Source of the DNA: Gnetum montanum
Taxonomy: Eukaryota; Plantae; Gnetophyta
DNA: 64,000 nucleotides
Reading direction: 5' to 3'
Assembly (NCBI GenBank): GCA_015680685.1
Contig: MNCI01002414.1
Location: 1,747 to 65,746 of the forward strand
The first letter of the stretch is position 1. The number at the start of each line of letters is the position of its first letter. The notes under the pieces are model-generated. The model ran no database searches, had not been told where the DNA came from, and saw nothing but the letters and a program-made list of their open reading frames with translations. Positions 25,511 to 37,798 of this stretch are shown here, piece after piece. Position numbers and translations under genes: made by a program.

Positions 25511-27372
25511 TGTAGAAACATCCTAAAAATTCCAAGACATTCTTGCTTCACCAGGTTCATGGAATTCAAGCATAGGATTTCCACAAGTGCAACATCTTGG
25601 GAGTTTGGTATGAAATGGATGCTCTAAGTTTAGATTATGCAGTTTGGCGAATTTTCTACTTCCAGTGTTGACAAGCTTGATGGACTCTCTAGCCTACCCA
25701 CCTTGGTAATTCACCCGGTTGACAGTTTAATTAGAAACCATGCTTGGAGTTGTCAACGGTGCTCAGGATGCATGGAACAGTTTGGAAAGTTTTCTAGTCA
25801 AGAAGTTTGCTATGCTATGGTAAGCTATGTAGTGTAGCACGCCTCAGAAGATAGTTGCTTAAGTGACCAAACTATTGCAAGACAAAGTGCTATGCTATGC
25901 TATGCTACACAGTGTAGCACAGTGTAGCAAAGGCAAAGTAGAAAGGCCTAGCTTACCTGGTGATTCCAATTGCACTCGGCAAGCACTCTGGCCTTCAAAA
26001 CTAGTTGTCTTGTTCAACTTTAAGTCCTTCAACAAAGCTCCTCTTATTAGAAAAATGGCAGATTAAGCAAAAACTAAGCTATGTTGACTGCTACGCTATG
26101 CTACACTGCATAGCGTAGCATAGCGTAGCAATGATGCAAGAATGACAAAAGGCATCTCAAAATGCACGATCAACAAGTTTAAAAGCTTCACATCACAAAG
26201 AGAAAAGGTTGTAGATTCTCCGCATGATCTTCAAAAAAACATCCACAACTTAAGTGCAAGTCACAGTTAAAGCTAGATGCTATGCTATGTTATGCTACAT
26301 AGCGTAGCAAACATGCAGAACCAGCCAAAACATTTCAAAGGATTCTAGCACATGCAAATTTCTTCTTCGAAGTGGTGGCTACACTATGCTACACTACATA
26401 GCGTAGCACAACATAGTAAGTAACTATGCTACGACAACATGCTACGCTCCATAGTGTAGCACAGTGTAGCAGGCAACTGCACTACATTAGTATGCCTCAC
26501 TCTTTGTCTGCATTGTAGGCACACTTGATCCTAGCATCTCTAGTTCTAACAGCATAATTGCAGCATGATAGGTTCATGATCGACTTTGCATGTTCATGTA
26601 GTATGAGCATGTCAACATCTTGTGGATCTAGAACATGTGGCATCCAAACCACATCTCTCGCATCCTCCTAGCCCTATAAATACCCTGACAAGCAACACTC
26701 AAAGGGTTGGAAAATTTTGGGTTGGTTGGTAACTTTTAGTGACTGCCAATTTTTAAGCATTGTTGGCAACCCCAAGCATTCTTAGCATTGGTTGTAAAAT
26801 TAGAAAATTGGCAATCCTGGTGTTTGGAAAAAAAATTTAGCTTTTGGCAATCTGGCTAGCAAACGTTGGCAAAATTTGGTTGGCAAACTTTAGCAATTTG
26901 TTCACAAAAATCAACAAGTTGGCTTTGTAGCATTTTGCATTATTGGCTCTTAAGTCCACGTTCAAGCACACAGTTGGCTTACTTTGAACATCCTAGTTAC
27001 ATTTTGGATCTCTATGCTTCCTAGTGTTGTGCAATCGATTGTATCCATCTTGACAAAGTAAAGCCATAATCTTGAAGCACTGAATTTATTAACTATAGTT
27101 CATTTTATTTTCCTTCTTATCATTGCATTCTACATCATTTCCGCTTCCTCACATTTAATAATTTTTATTTTACACTATAAGAATTGTTTCCATATTAAAC
27201 GTTTACATAAGGTTTAGTGAAACTAACTAAGTCCCTGGTTGATCGACCAGACCGTTCAAGGCACCCCCCGCTTCCATTTTATCTAGCATGGCCCTCGCAC
27301 GGATCTAGGGTTAAGACTGTCCGATCGACAACCTCTCGGTGTGTCCAGCCACTGATGTTTTCAATCGCAACT
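25511..27372 (+). repeat. Family-A LTR, solo-like (no PPT before it, no PBS after it)
   Basis: Full-length homolog of 13358-15209. It is preceded by the same LINE flank and followed by GATGTAAGAAAC rather than a PBS. Confidence 0.88.
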
Positions 27373-29299
27373 GATGTAAGAAACTATTTTATTTATATCA
27401 CATTATTTATGTCTAATAAACTAGTTTTAGACTCAATTATTTTAAAATTTATAACACAGTGTTAGCCAATGGAATCAAACTGTGACCTAGGGTTATCAAG
27501 CCAAAACTCTAATTCAAAATAATCATAGGATAATTGATAAACAACTTGGGTAGAGTTCTTACATATTCTAGCAAATTTACGAAAATCACAAAAATTATTT
27601 GGATGGAATTTCAATATAATTTTTATATAAAAGAAGTCTAAAATGATAAAAATTTTACTAAATATTAATTTAATAATAAAACTTATAAAATTATGGTAAA
27701 GAGTTAGGTAACAAAGAGGAAAAGTACAAAATCTACAACAAATTAGGACAACATCATGAAAAGAAACATTAAATAAGCCTTATTATAGAATCTTTATGGC
27801 TTATAGGGATCTTGAGTATCATGACTAATGGGATTGTATCATATGGAACATAGTGCATTCTGGTTTTAAACCTTGAAGACAATGTTGAGTGGATTACCAA
27901 GAACACTCATGTATATCATTATGTTTAATAAATATAAAATATGCTATGGTACATATAATGCCTATGAAACCTATATTACCATAGTTAGAGAAGAGAGAAT
28001 ATTTATAATTTTATGTTTTATACTTTTTATGTATTTTATAAAGATAATAATAAAATAATAAAAAACTCCTATGCATTGTAATCACTTCAAGGATAAGTGG
28101 AAATGCTTACACATACATACACACTTACAGGTTGCAATACCTTAAGGGATAAGTGTAATACCTCACATGCAAAGCATAAAATAGCTCCTAGTTATAAGCT
28201 TGATGACTTGACATAATACCATATTGTTATGACCTCTTTGGAGAATGGTGAATCATCATAGCTCAATGAACACAAAAATTAATGAATTAATTAAATATTA
28301 ATTATGAGGTTAATATTTGATGTTTTATAGCTTAGTTTATTCATTGCATAAATCATGGGAAAATCATAAGCTTTATTCACAATGCATAGCACTAGACTTT
28401 GCATGGACCAAATGATTCTAAGCTACACTTTTGAAGTCAATGATTTAAAACATACAAAATGGGAAGAAANTACTTTTGAAGTCAATGATTTAAAACATAC
28501 AAAATGGGAAGAAACATAACTTACCCAAGGGAGGAGGAGCTCTTCACTCAAAATAAGATGCCAAAATCTCACTAAAGAATAATGAAAAAAAATATCAAAT
28601 GAGAGTTCAACTTGAGTATTTATAGTTTTTTGTATGCAATGGTTTAGATTCATTAATGTCCATAGGATTCAAAATGATCCATTGATGTAGCGTAGTAATT
28701 TCAAGTCATATTTCAAGAAAAAGAAGATATTTAAAGCTAGGAAGAAAGTTCTTTACCATGCCTAAGTTGATGAAGGAGTGTTCTAATGTAAGAGTATCAA
28801 TGTATCCTCCTTGCCATCAACACAACACCAACAGTTTTAAGTGAAAGATAAAACATAGAAAGATATGTCACAAGGCCCTTAGGACACCTGAATAAAGTTA
28901 GAAACATGTTAAGGGACTTAAAACATGCAGAAAATTTAAATATATGATACTAGAGGTAAGGGTGCATCCCTAAGAGACATAAACCTTAATAATACATACT
29001 ATTAATACAAACAAAGGATGTACTTGACCCTTATTGAGTCCAAGGTTTACAATCAACTTACAAAATGTCATTGGACAACTCTTCATTTTCCCATGACTAA
29101 ATAAAGATAGTCCCATAGGTTCAACATCACAAAATACAAATAGGAATTGAATACATGACATGATCCATGTAGAAGATTTACAATTATACAAAATTGATCA
29201 TAACTATAAGACAATGTAAGCCACCTTGCTGAGAAGTTCTAGTGGGGTGGTGGCTAAGGATAAAATCCCCTTGATGTACCTTTATGGTATAGGAAGAAA

Positions 29300-30200
29300 A
29301 ATTAAAAGTTCTAAGTACAAACATATGAAATATCTATAGCTATATTTTAATTTTTGTCACCTTAACTTAAAGTTACTAGTTCTACTCACGCATTAGTCCT
29401 TGCTTTTGTAACATTTTCCTATGTTTCTTTGTATCTACTTGCAATTTTTTGTGATTTCTCTATGCCTATGAGAGCTTGCACTAGGCACCCTTCAACTCAA
29501 CCAATTCTCAATGAAGTTTCTCTTCTAGTTCATTATGCATTCTACTTGTAGAAGTTTGAACCACATGAGGATATCTTCTTTGTTCTACTTCCACATCTTC
29601 CTATTCTTTCTTGAGTCTCCTCTATAGGATCATAATTTTTTCTTAATGAAATAGGATGTACATGTTTTCTAGGAGGTCAATCTTCTCCTACAATGTTGGT
29701 TCACTTATTTCCATCTAATGAAGTTTGATTTGTAAAGTGTCATATTTCTACTTCATCTCACATCTTTTTCCATTCATGTGTTCATTCATAAAAGATACTA
29801 GTTTATGCAAATTGGGTAAATATCCTAGCTTTCCTATTTGATGAGGTGTATCTTTTCGAGTTCATTTGTCTTCTTGGTTATCTTTTCAACTAGCCCTTGC
29901 CACAAGTTCTAGCATTCTCTTTTTGTAAAGAAGTATATATCTTGAAATTGAGCCATGATTTGACTTTTGTTTCTTTAGTCTTATTACCTAGAAAGATAGG
30001 GAAAGTACATTATTTGGTTTTTCTTGTCTCATTTTCTCCCACTCTTAGAACTAATGGTTCAAAATTTTGATTTATCTCTCTAAGCCATTCTTCATGAATG
30101 GGGCTTCTACCCCCATATACTTCACCTTAAATATTTCATCTTGTAGGTGTTTAATTTAAAGCTTAGGTTTGATTGTTAAATGTGTAGGTACCAAGGATGT
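29300..30200 (-). mobile_element. Heavily decayed Gypsy gag-like remnant
   Basis: Minus-strand fragments such as FKGE...EEWLREINQNFE and SWLNFK, with many stops. Confidence 0.4.
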
Positions 30201-31355
30201 AACAGTTTCCAATTGCTCATATAACCATCATACCTTTGCCTAACTTCATCGAAGTTGCCTTAGGTAGAAAGTTCTATCAGCATCAGTGGTCTTAAGTTTA
30301 GCATGTATCTTTACAAGTTTAATTTCCACCATGTTATCAATGTTTTTCAAAAGGATCTTAGCACTTTGATCCATCCTTTTCTTAGCTTTTGTGCATTAGC
30401 TAGTTCTAGGTTGATCAATAGGTACTTGAAGAACTTCTACCACATGCTGGACATTATGCATGCAGTGTCTTGATTTGTGTTATGAGAAGCATTCATTAAT
30501 GCTACATGGATGAGAGACTAAATTTTGGCCTTGTGGTGATCATGGGTGAATCATTTAATAAGGGAAGAGAAAATGTAGGGAGATCCTCCTTAATAGCATC
30601 CCCACCCCAAATTTCTTCCATCATGTCTAAGAAATTGATACTAAGATCCAATAATACCTCAATATGGATTATAGTGTCTTATCCTTCATTTGTAATGTGC
30701 ATTATGGCTAGAAATCCACCACTAGAAATGGCTTTATAGATTTTCTTGATGCTAAAACCAAGTGGCTAGAAAATTGACTAGCTTGGTTGCAACACCTATG
30801 TGTGTTGTGATACTTGAGGTATCATGGATGTCCTTATTGTTTACATGTGGAGATAGTTTGATGGGTTGATGCATGATTTCTTGATGAGAGGCATCTCATC
30901 CTCCAAATTTAGTATTGCATCAATAACTTCAAGATTTTCTCTAGGGACGACCACTATAACATTATCATAGTCTACCATTCCCACAATAATGAAATATTGC
31001 CTAATTTAATTTAGTATTCCCACTAGTTCATAAATTTTTTAGACCAAATCTTGAAAAGCATACACCATGTTACAACTAGGAAATTTTCATAAATTAAATT
31101 ATTTAATTTAATGCAGGTGATTAATTTGTTAATGCTATTAGATGGGTTTCAATAATTTAGCTTATTGTTATTACTATTATTATTGTTGTTGTTGTTAATT
31201 TTCTACATAAGTGAATGCAATTTTCTTGATAGGGTGTTTAATTAAATTTTATATCCTTTATTTTACTATTATTTAAGTTGAACCATAGATATTTTGAATA
31301 TTTTATGATTAAATTTTGAAATCTAATTACCCTAAGAAATTTTTCTTTCTAGTAG

Positions 31356-31792
31356 TGATGAGCCGCAATATCAGAGCCATGATATCAGGTCCATGATATT
31401 GGACCCTGCCAAGCAATATCAGACATCCAATATCAAGACCTATCTCATTGCCTATAAATAAGAAGTAGGGCGCACTTGGTTTGGTAGTTACTTCTTATTC
31501 CCTTACCCAAACTCTTGTAATTTCTTCCTCTCAGAGTTAGAATTATTTATGAGTACCCACAGTAGGAGTCATAAAGCGAATGGATCTTTATTCAAGCATT
31601 CTGTACTTGAACACACCTTGTGTCTAGAAATAAAGACAAACTTTGTGATAAACCTTGTAGCATTCAATATAGCTAATCTCTCACCCTTAATGATATTATA
31701 ATTCTTTAATGATTTCATTACTTAATTAATTTTTCTTTTATTGATTCGTTAATTTTCACAAGTAAGCACACTCAGTACGACCACTTCGAGCA
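31356..31792 (+). repeat. LTR related to 1-393, probably the 5' LTR of element C (3' end uncertain)
   Basis: TGATGAGCCG start, GATATC repeats, CCTATAAATAAG; aligns to the reverse complement of 1-393. Confidence 0.7.
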
Positions 31793-33289
31793 TGCATGGA
31801 ACACTTGGTAACCCAATAACGCTTAGTGTTTGGTAATCCCAAGAATGTTACACTAGTTCAAGATATATACAGAAAGTGGGAATGGATGTTGGTTTTAGGA
31901 TTAGTTAGAACCTGGCTAATTAGTTACTTTAAATTAGTTATTTAATTAATTCACTTCTTCCCTCGTTTTCACTAGGACATAAAACATAAAAAAGCATAAA
32001 AATTATATACCTTAAGTTTACTTAACCATACAATCATGCCATACTAATAAGCTTGGGAAGACAATGATCACCTAACCCATCCTTGTTCTATGAAGGTGCA
32101 TAAGCACTTAGTCCTTGGAGTTCAACTGGATTGCACCTGACACTTGTATTCATATGCTTGAGTGTAGGGTACCTCACTACTCATCATTGGTGTCGTTCTC
32201 GGGAACTTTGTTATTTGTGCACTAATTAGAAATTAGGAATCTTTCCATTTTTGGAACAAACCCTTATGGTTGGTTATATTAAAATTATTAGAAAAGAGAA
32301 GAGAAAAGTGTCACACACTAAAGAATTAATCATGTCTCATTCTTCTTACAAGAGCATTTCACCACCTAGGTCTAACACAACAAACAATTGGAGGCAAAGT
32401 ACACATGATGACTTGGTAGTGCCTCAACAGTTTTGTGTTGTATACGTTCATCTTGATGAGTATATATCAAAATTTACCTTTATCCTCCACCAGGATGAAC
32501 AACTATGTTAGCATGATTTAGAAAGTAACATAGTGTTACCTCTCGATTATTCAGTCCCAAGCATGCTCCTTCGTGCTCTCACACAAATTGGTATGTAGCA
32601 CTTACAGGCAGAGTACATTGTGCATGAACATGACTCGAGAGAGTATCGACCCATAGAGGCACAACATCAAAGGAACTTACAACAGGAGAGACATCATAAA
32701 TCTATGAAGGGGAAGTGGTCGCAGGATGTCCCATATGTCATAGGTGAAAATGAGGGTGGTGGACTTGCCGTAGGAGGTCTTCCACAAAATGATGTTCATC
32801 CCGTTGACTTTGTTAAGGGGTTGTGTATTTGAATCTTCACTCAACTATCCATAACCCAAATTCTAGTACTGATGGACATAGAGGATCCAAAAAAGAAACA
32901 CAAACACATGACAAAGATGGACATTCTGATCGTAACTACGATTGAAGCTGTGACCACCAAAGAGAAGATAGTAGGCACCATCATGGTCCTCACTCTTCAC
33001 CTCCATCATCTCCTTGCCCCTCTCCTTCAAGATCAAAAGACAGTCACAAAGGGAACAACCCTGAGGATAATGGTAAGTGAAATAGGAATAATAGAAAACA
33101 TAGTTGAGAAAGGGAATGAGGGAATTCTAGAGAAACAAACCACAAAAGGAGGGAGAGTAGGGAACAACATAGGCATCATAGATGCCATAGATAATATGAT
33201 CATGATGAATCCCTACTCACTACTCAAATTATACTAGATATAACTGAGGCTGTTAGAATCCCAATAAGACACCAAAAAGATAGCAAGAT

Positions 33290-36208
33290 CAAAAGATTGG
33301 ACATGAAAAATATCCCATGATTTGAAGGAGGATACAATGATGATCCTCAAAATCATTTGCAAGTATTTCACAATGCATGTGCGTTAGAAAAAATTGAAAA
33401 TGAGTGGCAAAAAATCAAGTTTTTTCCATGAACACTGATCAAGGAAGTGGAAAGCTGGTACTAGTCCTTAGATCCAAAATCCATTTGCCGATGGAGTACC
33501 ATGTTAGAACTATTCAATGATAAATATCAAACGTACTCCCAAGTGTCCAACCTATGAAAGAAAATCCAAGGATGGAAACAAGGAGGACACGAACCCTTGG
33601 ATGCTGCCATGGGCTAATATTATGCATTATTACATCATTGCCCTAGCCATGGTTACTCGTAGAGGGAACAACTACACCATCTCGTAGATGAACCTAGGCA
33701 CAAAACATGAAGGACCCGTAGGAGTTATGCCCAAGGAAGACTATCTGAGCTTAGAGCCTATCAAGTATAAAGATTGTTGAAGCAAGTTGCCAAGGAGGAA
33801 GGTGAGTTAAGGAAAAGAGAGAGTGAAAAGGAATACAATAGAAATCCTTCCCTTTGAAACAAGGGAGTTAGATTTTCTGAAGATAAAGAAGAGTCATCAC
33901 TTGAAGAGATGGTGAATAGGAAAAATTTTCCAATTCAAAAAATTGCATTAGAAGTATCAACAAAGGTGGAAAAAATGTGAGACTCCATAGATAATAGATT
34001 TTAAACCATTCTTAAAATAGCAGAGGAGTCTAGGAAGCTAGGTAGTGACCAAGAAAAGAGGAAAAAGAAAGAAACCTAACATGCACATAACAAAGGTAAC
34101 GGCAAAGCTACCATCATTGAAGAGGTTGTGGATTTAGATATAGAAAATGATGGTGAATGTGAGATATGTCAATATGACCATCCTAAGGGATGTTGCCTAG
34201 TAATCTCACATCTGTAGGAGTTTGGGGTGTATGCACGAAATCCATGATTAAATAGATGAGAAACACCCCAAAGGTTACCTTATCCTCAAGGTAGTCCAAG
34301 ATAGTTCCACCAACCCTTAATGTATTATCCAAGTGGAACTCCACCACAACCAAATGAATAGTATCGATAGTGGCAACACCCACAATCATGGGGAATGCCA
34401 TCACCATGTCAATAGTACCCTTATCATCAACCTAACTCATATGAATACTACGTGTAGCAACCAATCTCTTCACATGACTCTACTAGTCATGTTACTGCTC
34501 AGTCTCATTTCCAAACCGATGAGTACTATAGAACTCCTCCTAGAGGAGAGGTTTCACAAATGTATTATCCTTCTCATTCGACTACACCTCTTCCACCCTT
34601 AGCTCCATGAACACTTGCTCCAGCTTTGTAGGGTGAGCTCCCTACCCAACTGTAGTAACGTAATGCTACAAGGGTTGTTAACCCTCAACCTACTATTGGT
34701 TTAGAGAACTGCATAAAGAAGATACCTTTATTTAGAACCAACAATCCAACTAAGTCCTTACAACCACAAATAGAAAATTATCCAAACACCTTACCATCAT
34801 TAGAATCTTTGGAGCTTCCTTCGAACCAAAGACCACACTTAACACACACGTTCATGTTAACTAATGTAATTACTAATTGGATTAAAGCTAGCCATCTTCC
34901 TAGGAAATTCTCTAATCCTGGAAGTCCTCTTATATATTTGCAAATTTTTGGGAATGAACCTTACAAAACTATTTTGGATTCAGGTTTTTGTGTTAACTTA
35001 ATCTCTCAAGAAATGTACAAAGCCTAGAACCTACCTCCAGTAAAAAAGAGTAACATACATTTAGAGTTGGTCGACCAGTCGATCATTGTTCCATTAGGAC
35101 TAGTAGAGGAAATTGTCACCACTATTTATGGGTGGTTGTATCTAGTTAATTTCCTAATGATTTAAGTCAACAACTCTAAGGGAGACTTCCCAATCATAAT
35201 GGGAAGAGAATGGCTAAGCACAATTAACACGCACCTAGGAATACATGATCTTTCCCTCGAAATATCAAAGGAAAATACATTGAAAAGATCAAGAAGAAGA
35301 AAGTTCCATGCATCGCATACAGTGACATAGGGTGTAATTGAGTGTAGAAGTCCTAGTTTGTACAATGTTTAACATTGCCTACATGCAACTAATGTGCACT
35401 AATAACTAACATACAAAGATGATTGTATGCAGCAGCCATAAGATAGGAAGGCACCCAGTGGCTAATAGCTGACGAAGAGAATGATTCAACTATATGCATG
35501 GAACCAAATGAGAGCTTGACTTGCACCTACATTGATAGCATAGATACATTAGAGCAAGCCCATTACCAAATTCCAATTCCTAACATTGAAAATATAAACT
35601 GGGGAAAGCTAGAAATCCCTGACGAGTTCAAAAAAAGCCCCTTGAGTGAAAACCATTGTCCACTGGTATGGAGTATACGTTTCTCAAAAATGAAAAAGTA
35701 GTAATCATTAATGCTAAGATTTCTCCTTAATAAAAATAAAGACTACTAAAAATGGTAAACAAATGGTCAAAATCCTTTTTCTTGGTCATATCTTGAATTA
35801 ACTAGAATAGATCCTAGGATATGCCAACATAGAATTTACATTGACTCCTCCATGAAACCTTGATGACAACCATAGAGGCAACTGAACCCAAAGCTTAAGC
35901 AAGTAGTTAAAGAAGAAATTGAATAACTTCTAAAAGCTGGGTTCATCTATCCCATTGCTAATAGTGAATGGGTCATTATGCCCAAGAAGGGAGGTAAATG
36001 GAGGATCTATATAGACTTTAGGCTACTGAAGATGGCAACATTTAAAGACCACTTCCCATTTCCATTTATCGACCAAGTCTTAGATACCATTGTAGGGCAT
36101 TGCTACTATAGTTTTCTAGATGGCTACAGTGGCTATAATCAAATTGAAATAGCACTAGAAGATCAAGCCAAGACTAGATTCACAAGTCCTTGGGGGATAT
36201 TTGCATAT
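33290..36208 (+). pseudogene. Element C gag, protease and RT N-terminal part
   Basis: Gag DDPQNHLQVFHNAC...KFFP; PR LPRKFSNPGSP...ILDSGFCVNL; RT MPKKGGKWRIYIDFRLL, KDHFPFPFIDQVLD, YSFLDGYSGYNQI. Confidence 0.9.
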
Positions 36209-37615
36209 CGAAACACCATAAAATTTCAAGGCACTCTTGCTTCACCAGGGTCTTAGAATTCAGGCAAGAAACTTCCACAAGTGCAGCATCATGATAGTTT
36301 GGCCAAAAAGTGTAGAAACTAAAGTTAGATTATTCATTTCAGTAAATTTTCTACCACCAAAGATGATAGGCCCAAAGGACTCTCTACCCTGCCCACCTAG
36401 GTGATTCACCTAGCTAATAATCTACTCAGAAACCATGCTTAAGGTTGTCAGCGGTGCTCAAGATGGACAAAATAGTTCAACAAGTTTTCTAGTGGAGAAT
36501 TCTGCTACACTACGCTATGCTACACAACGTAGAAGGCCTTCATAAAATCAAACAAGTGCTCGAATACAAGCTTTAGGAAGATGTTCACGCAAGGTAAAAT
36601 CACAATTCAACTAACATAAGGTAATATGCTATGTAGCATAGCAAAACGTAGCAAGGGCAAAGCATGTAAAGTTTTCTCATTGCAATTTTGATAGATGTGC
36701 AAATTACATTGGCTGCTATGCTACACTACACTACATAGCATATCATAGTGTAGAAAATATGAAAATTAATAAAATGCTCCAAAAAAGTTAACCCCACGTG
36801 CGCCAAGGCTTTTAGTAGAAGCTAGTCACCCCAACGCAAGTTTTCTACTTAAACCGGTGGCTACGCTATGTTATGCTACATAGCGTAGCACAGCATAGAA
36901 AGCAGCTACACTATTTCAATGTGATTCATTTCTCACTTGCAGTGTTGGCACACCTGATTCCAACATGTCCGGTTCCGACAACATGGTGGTAGTGCAACAA
37001 GTTCACAATTGGTTTTGCACATCCATGTAGTACGGACACGTCAGCATCTCGTGGGTCCAAGACACATGGCATCTAAACTGCATCTCTTGCCTACTCCTAG
37101 CCATATAAATACTCAGATGAGCAATGCTAAAAGGGTTGGCAAATTGAGGCATTATTGTTAAATTGGAAAAATTCACGTTGGTAATTTTCATTGGCAATTG
37201 TGAGCATTGTTGGCATTTTTTCGTGGTTGGCATTTCTAGCATTAGCACTTTTAGCATTTTATAACTTGTTGCACATCTCTCAAACAAGGCAAAGAATTGA
37301 ACCCTTGACTTTGAGACGGTGCATTTTCTCACCTGAGTTCATTCTAATTATTTCTACATTGTTGTCATTGTTTGACATTTTTTTTTCTTCATTCACACAT
37401 TTATCAATTATCAGTTTTACCTCATGTATTTCACAATCAAAACAATGTTTACATAAGGTTAAGTTACATCGATTAAGTCCCTATTTGATCGATTAGACTA
37501 TTTAGGGCACCCTATTTCTATTTTATCTAGCATGGCCCTCGCAAGGATCTAGGGTTAAACTGTTTGCCCGGTAACCTCTCGATGTTTCTAGCCACCAACA
37601 TTTTCGGTCGCTACA
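36209..37615 (+). repeat. Element B 5' LTR
   Basis: CGAAACACC...GGTCGCTACA, a direct repeat of 60978-62363. Confidence 0.93.
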
Positions 37616-37798
37616 GTTTCTAGCACTAGAAGGAGGGCCTTTTAGTGGTTTATGGGTAGTCCTCCATGCTCTCTATACCCCATTACCTATTAGCATAAAC
37701 ATGACACCCTTGAAATTGTTTATGCACCATGTGGTACAGGTTGGTCTCAACACAACAGGATAGAAAGCCTTCAATCGCCACTTGATCTCTTTGGTTTC

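Noticed and set aside
28425-28515. Perfect tandem duplication of about 44 bp
   Set aside because: Identical copies either side of a single N; assembly artefact.
27380-29300. AT-rich sequence with short ORFs, possibly old LINE tail or LTR debris
   Set aside because: No recognisable motifs or boundaries that I can support.
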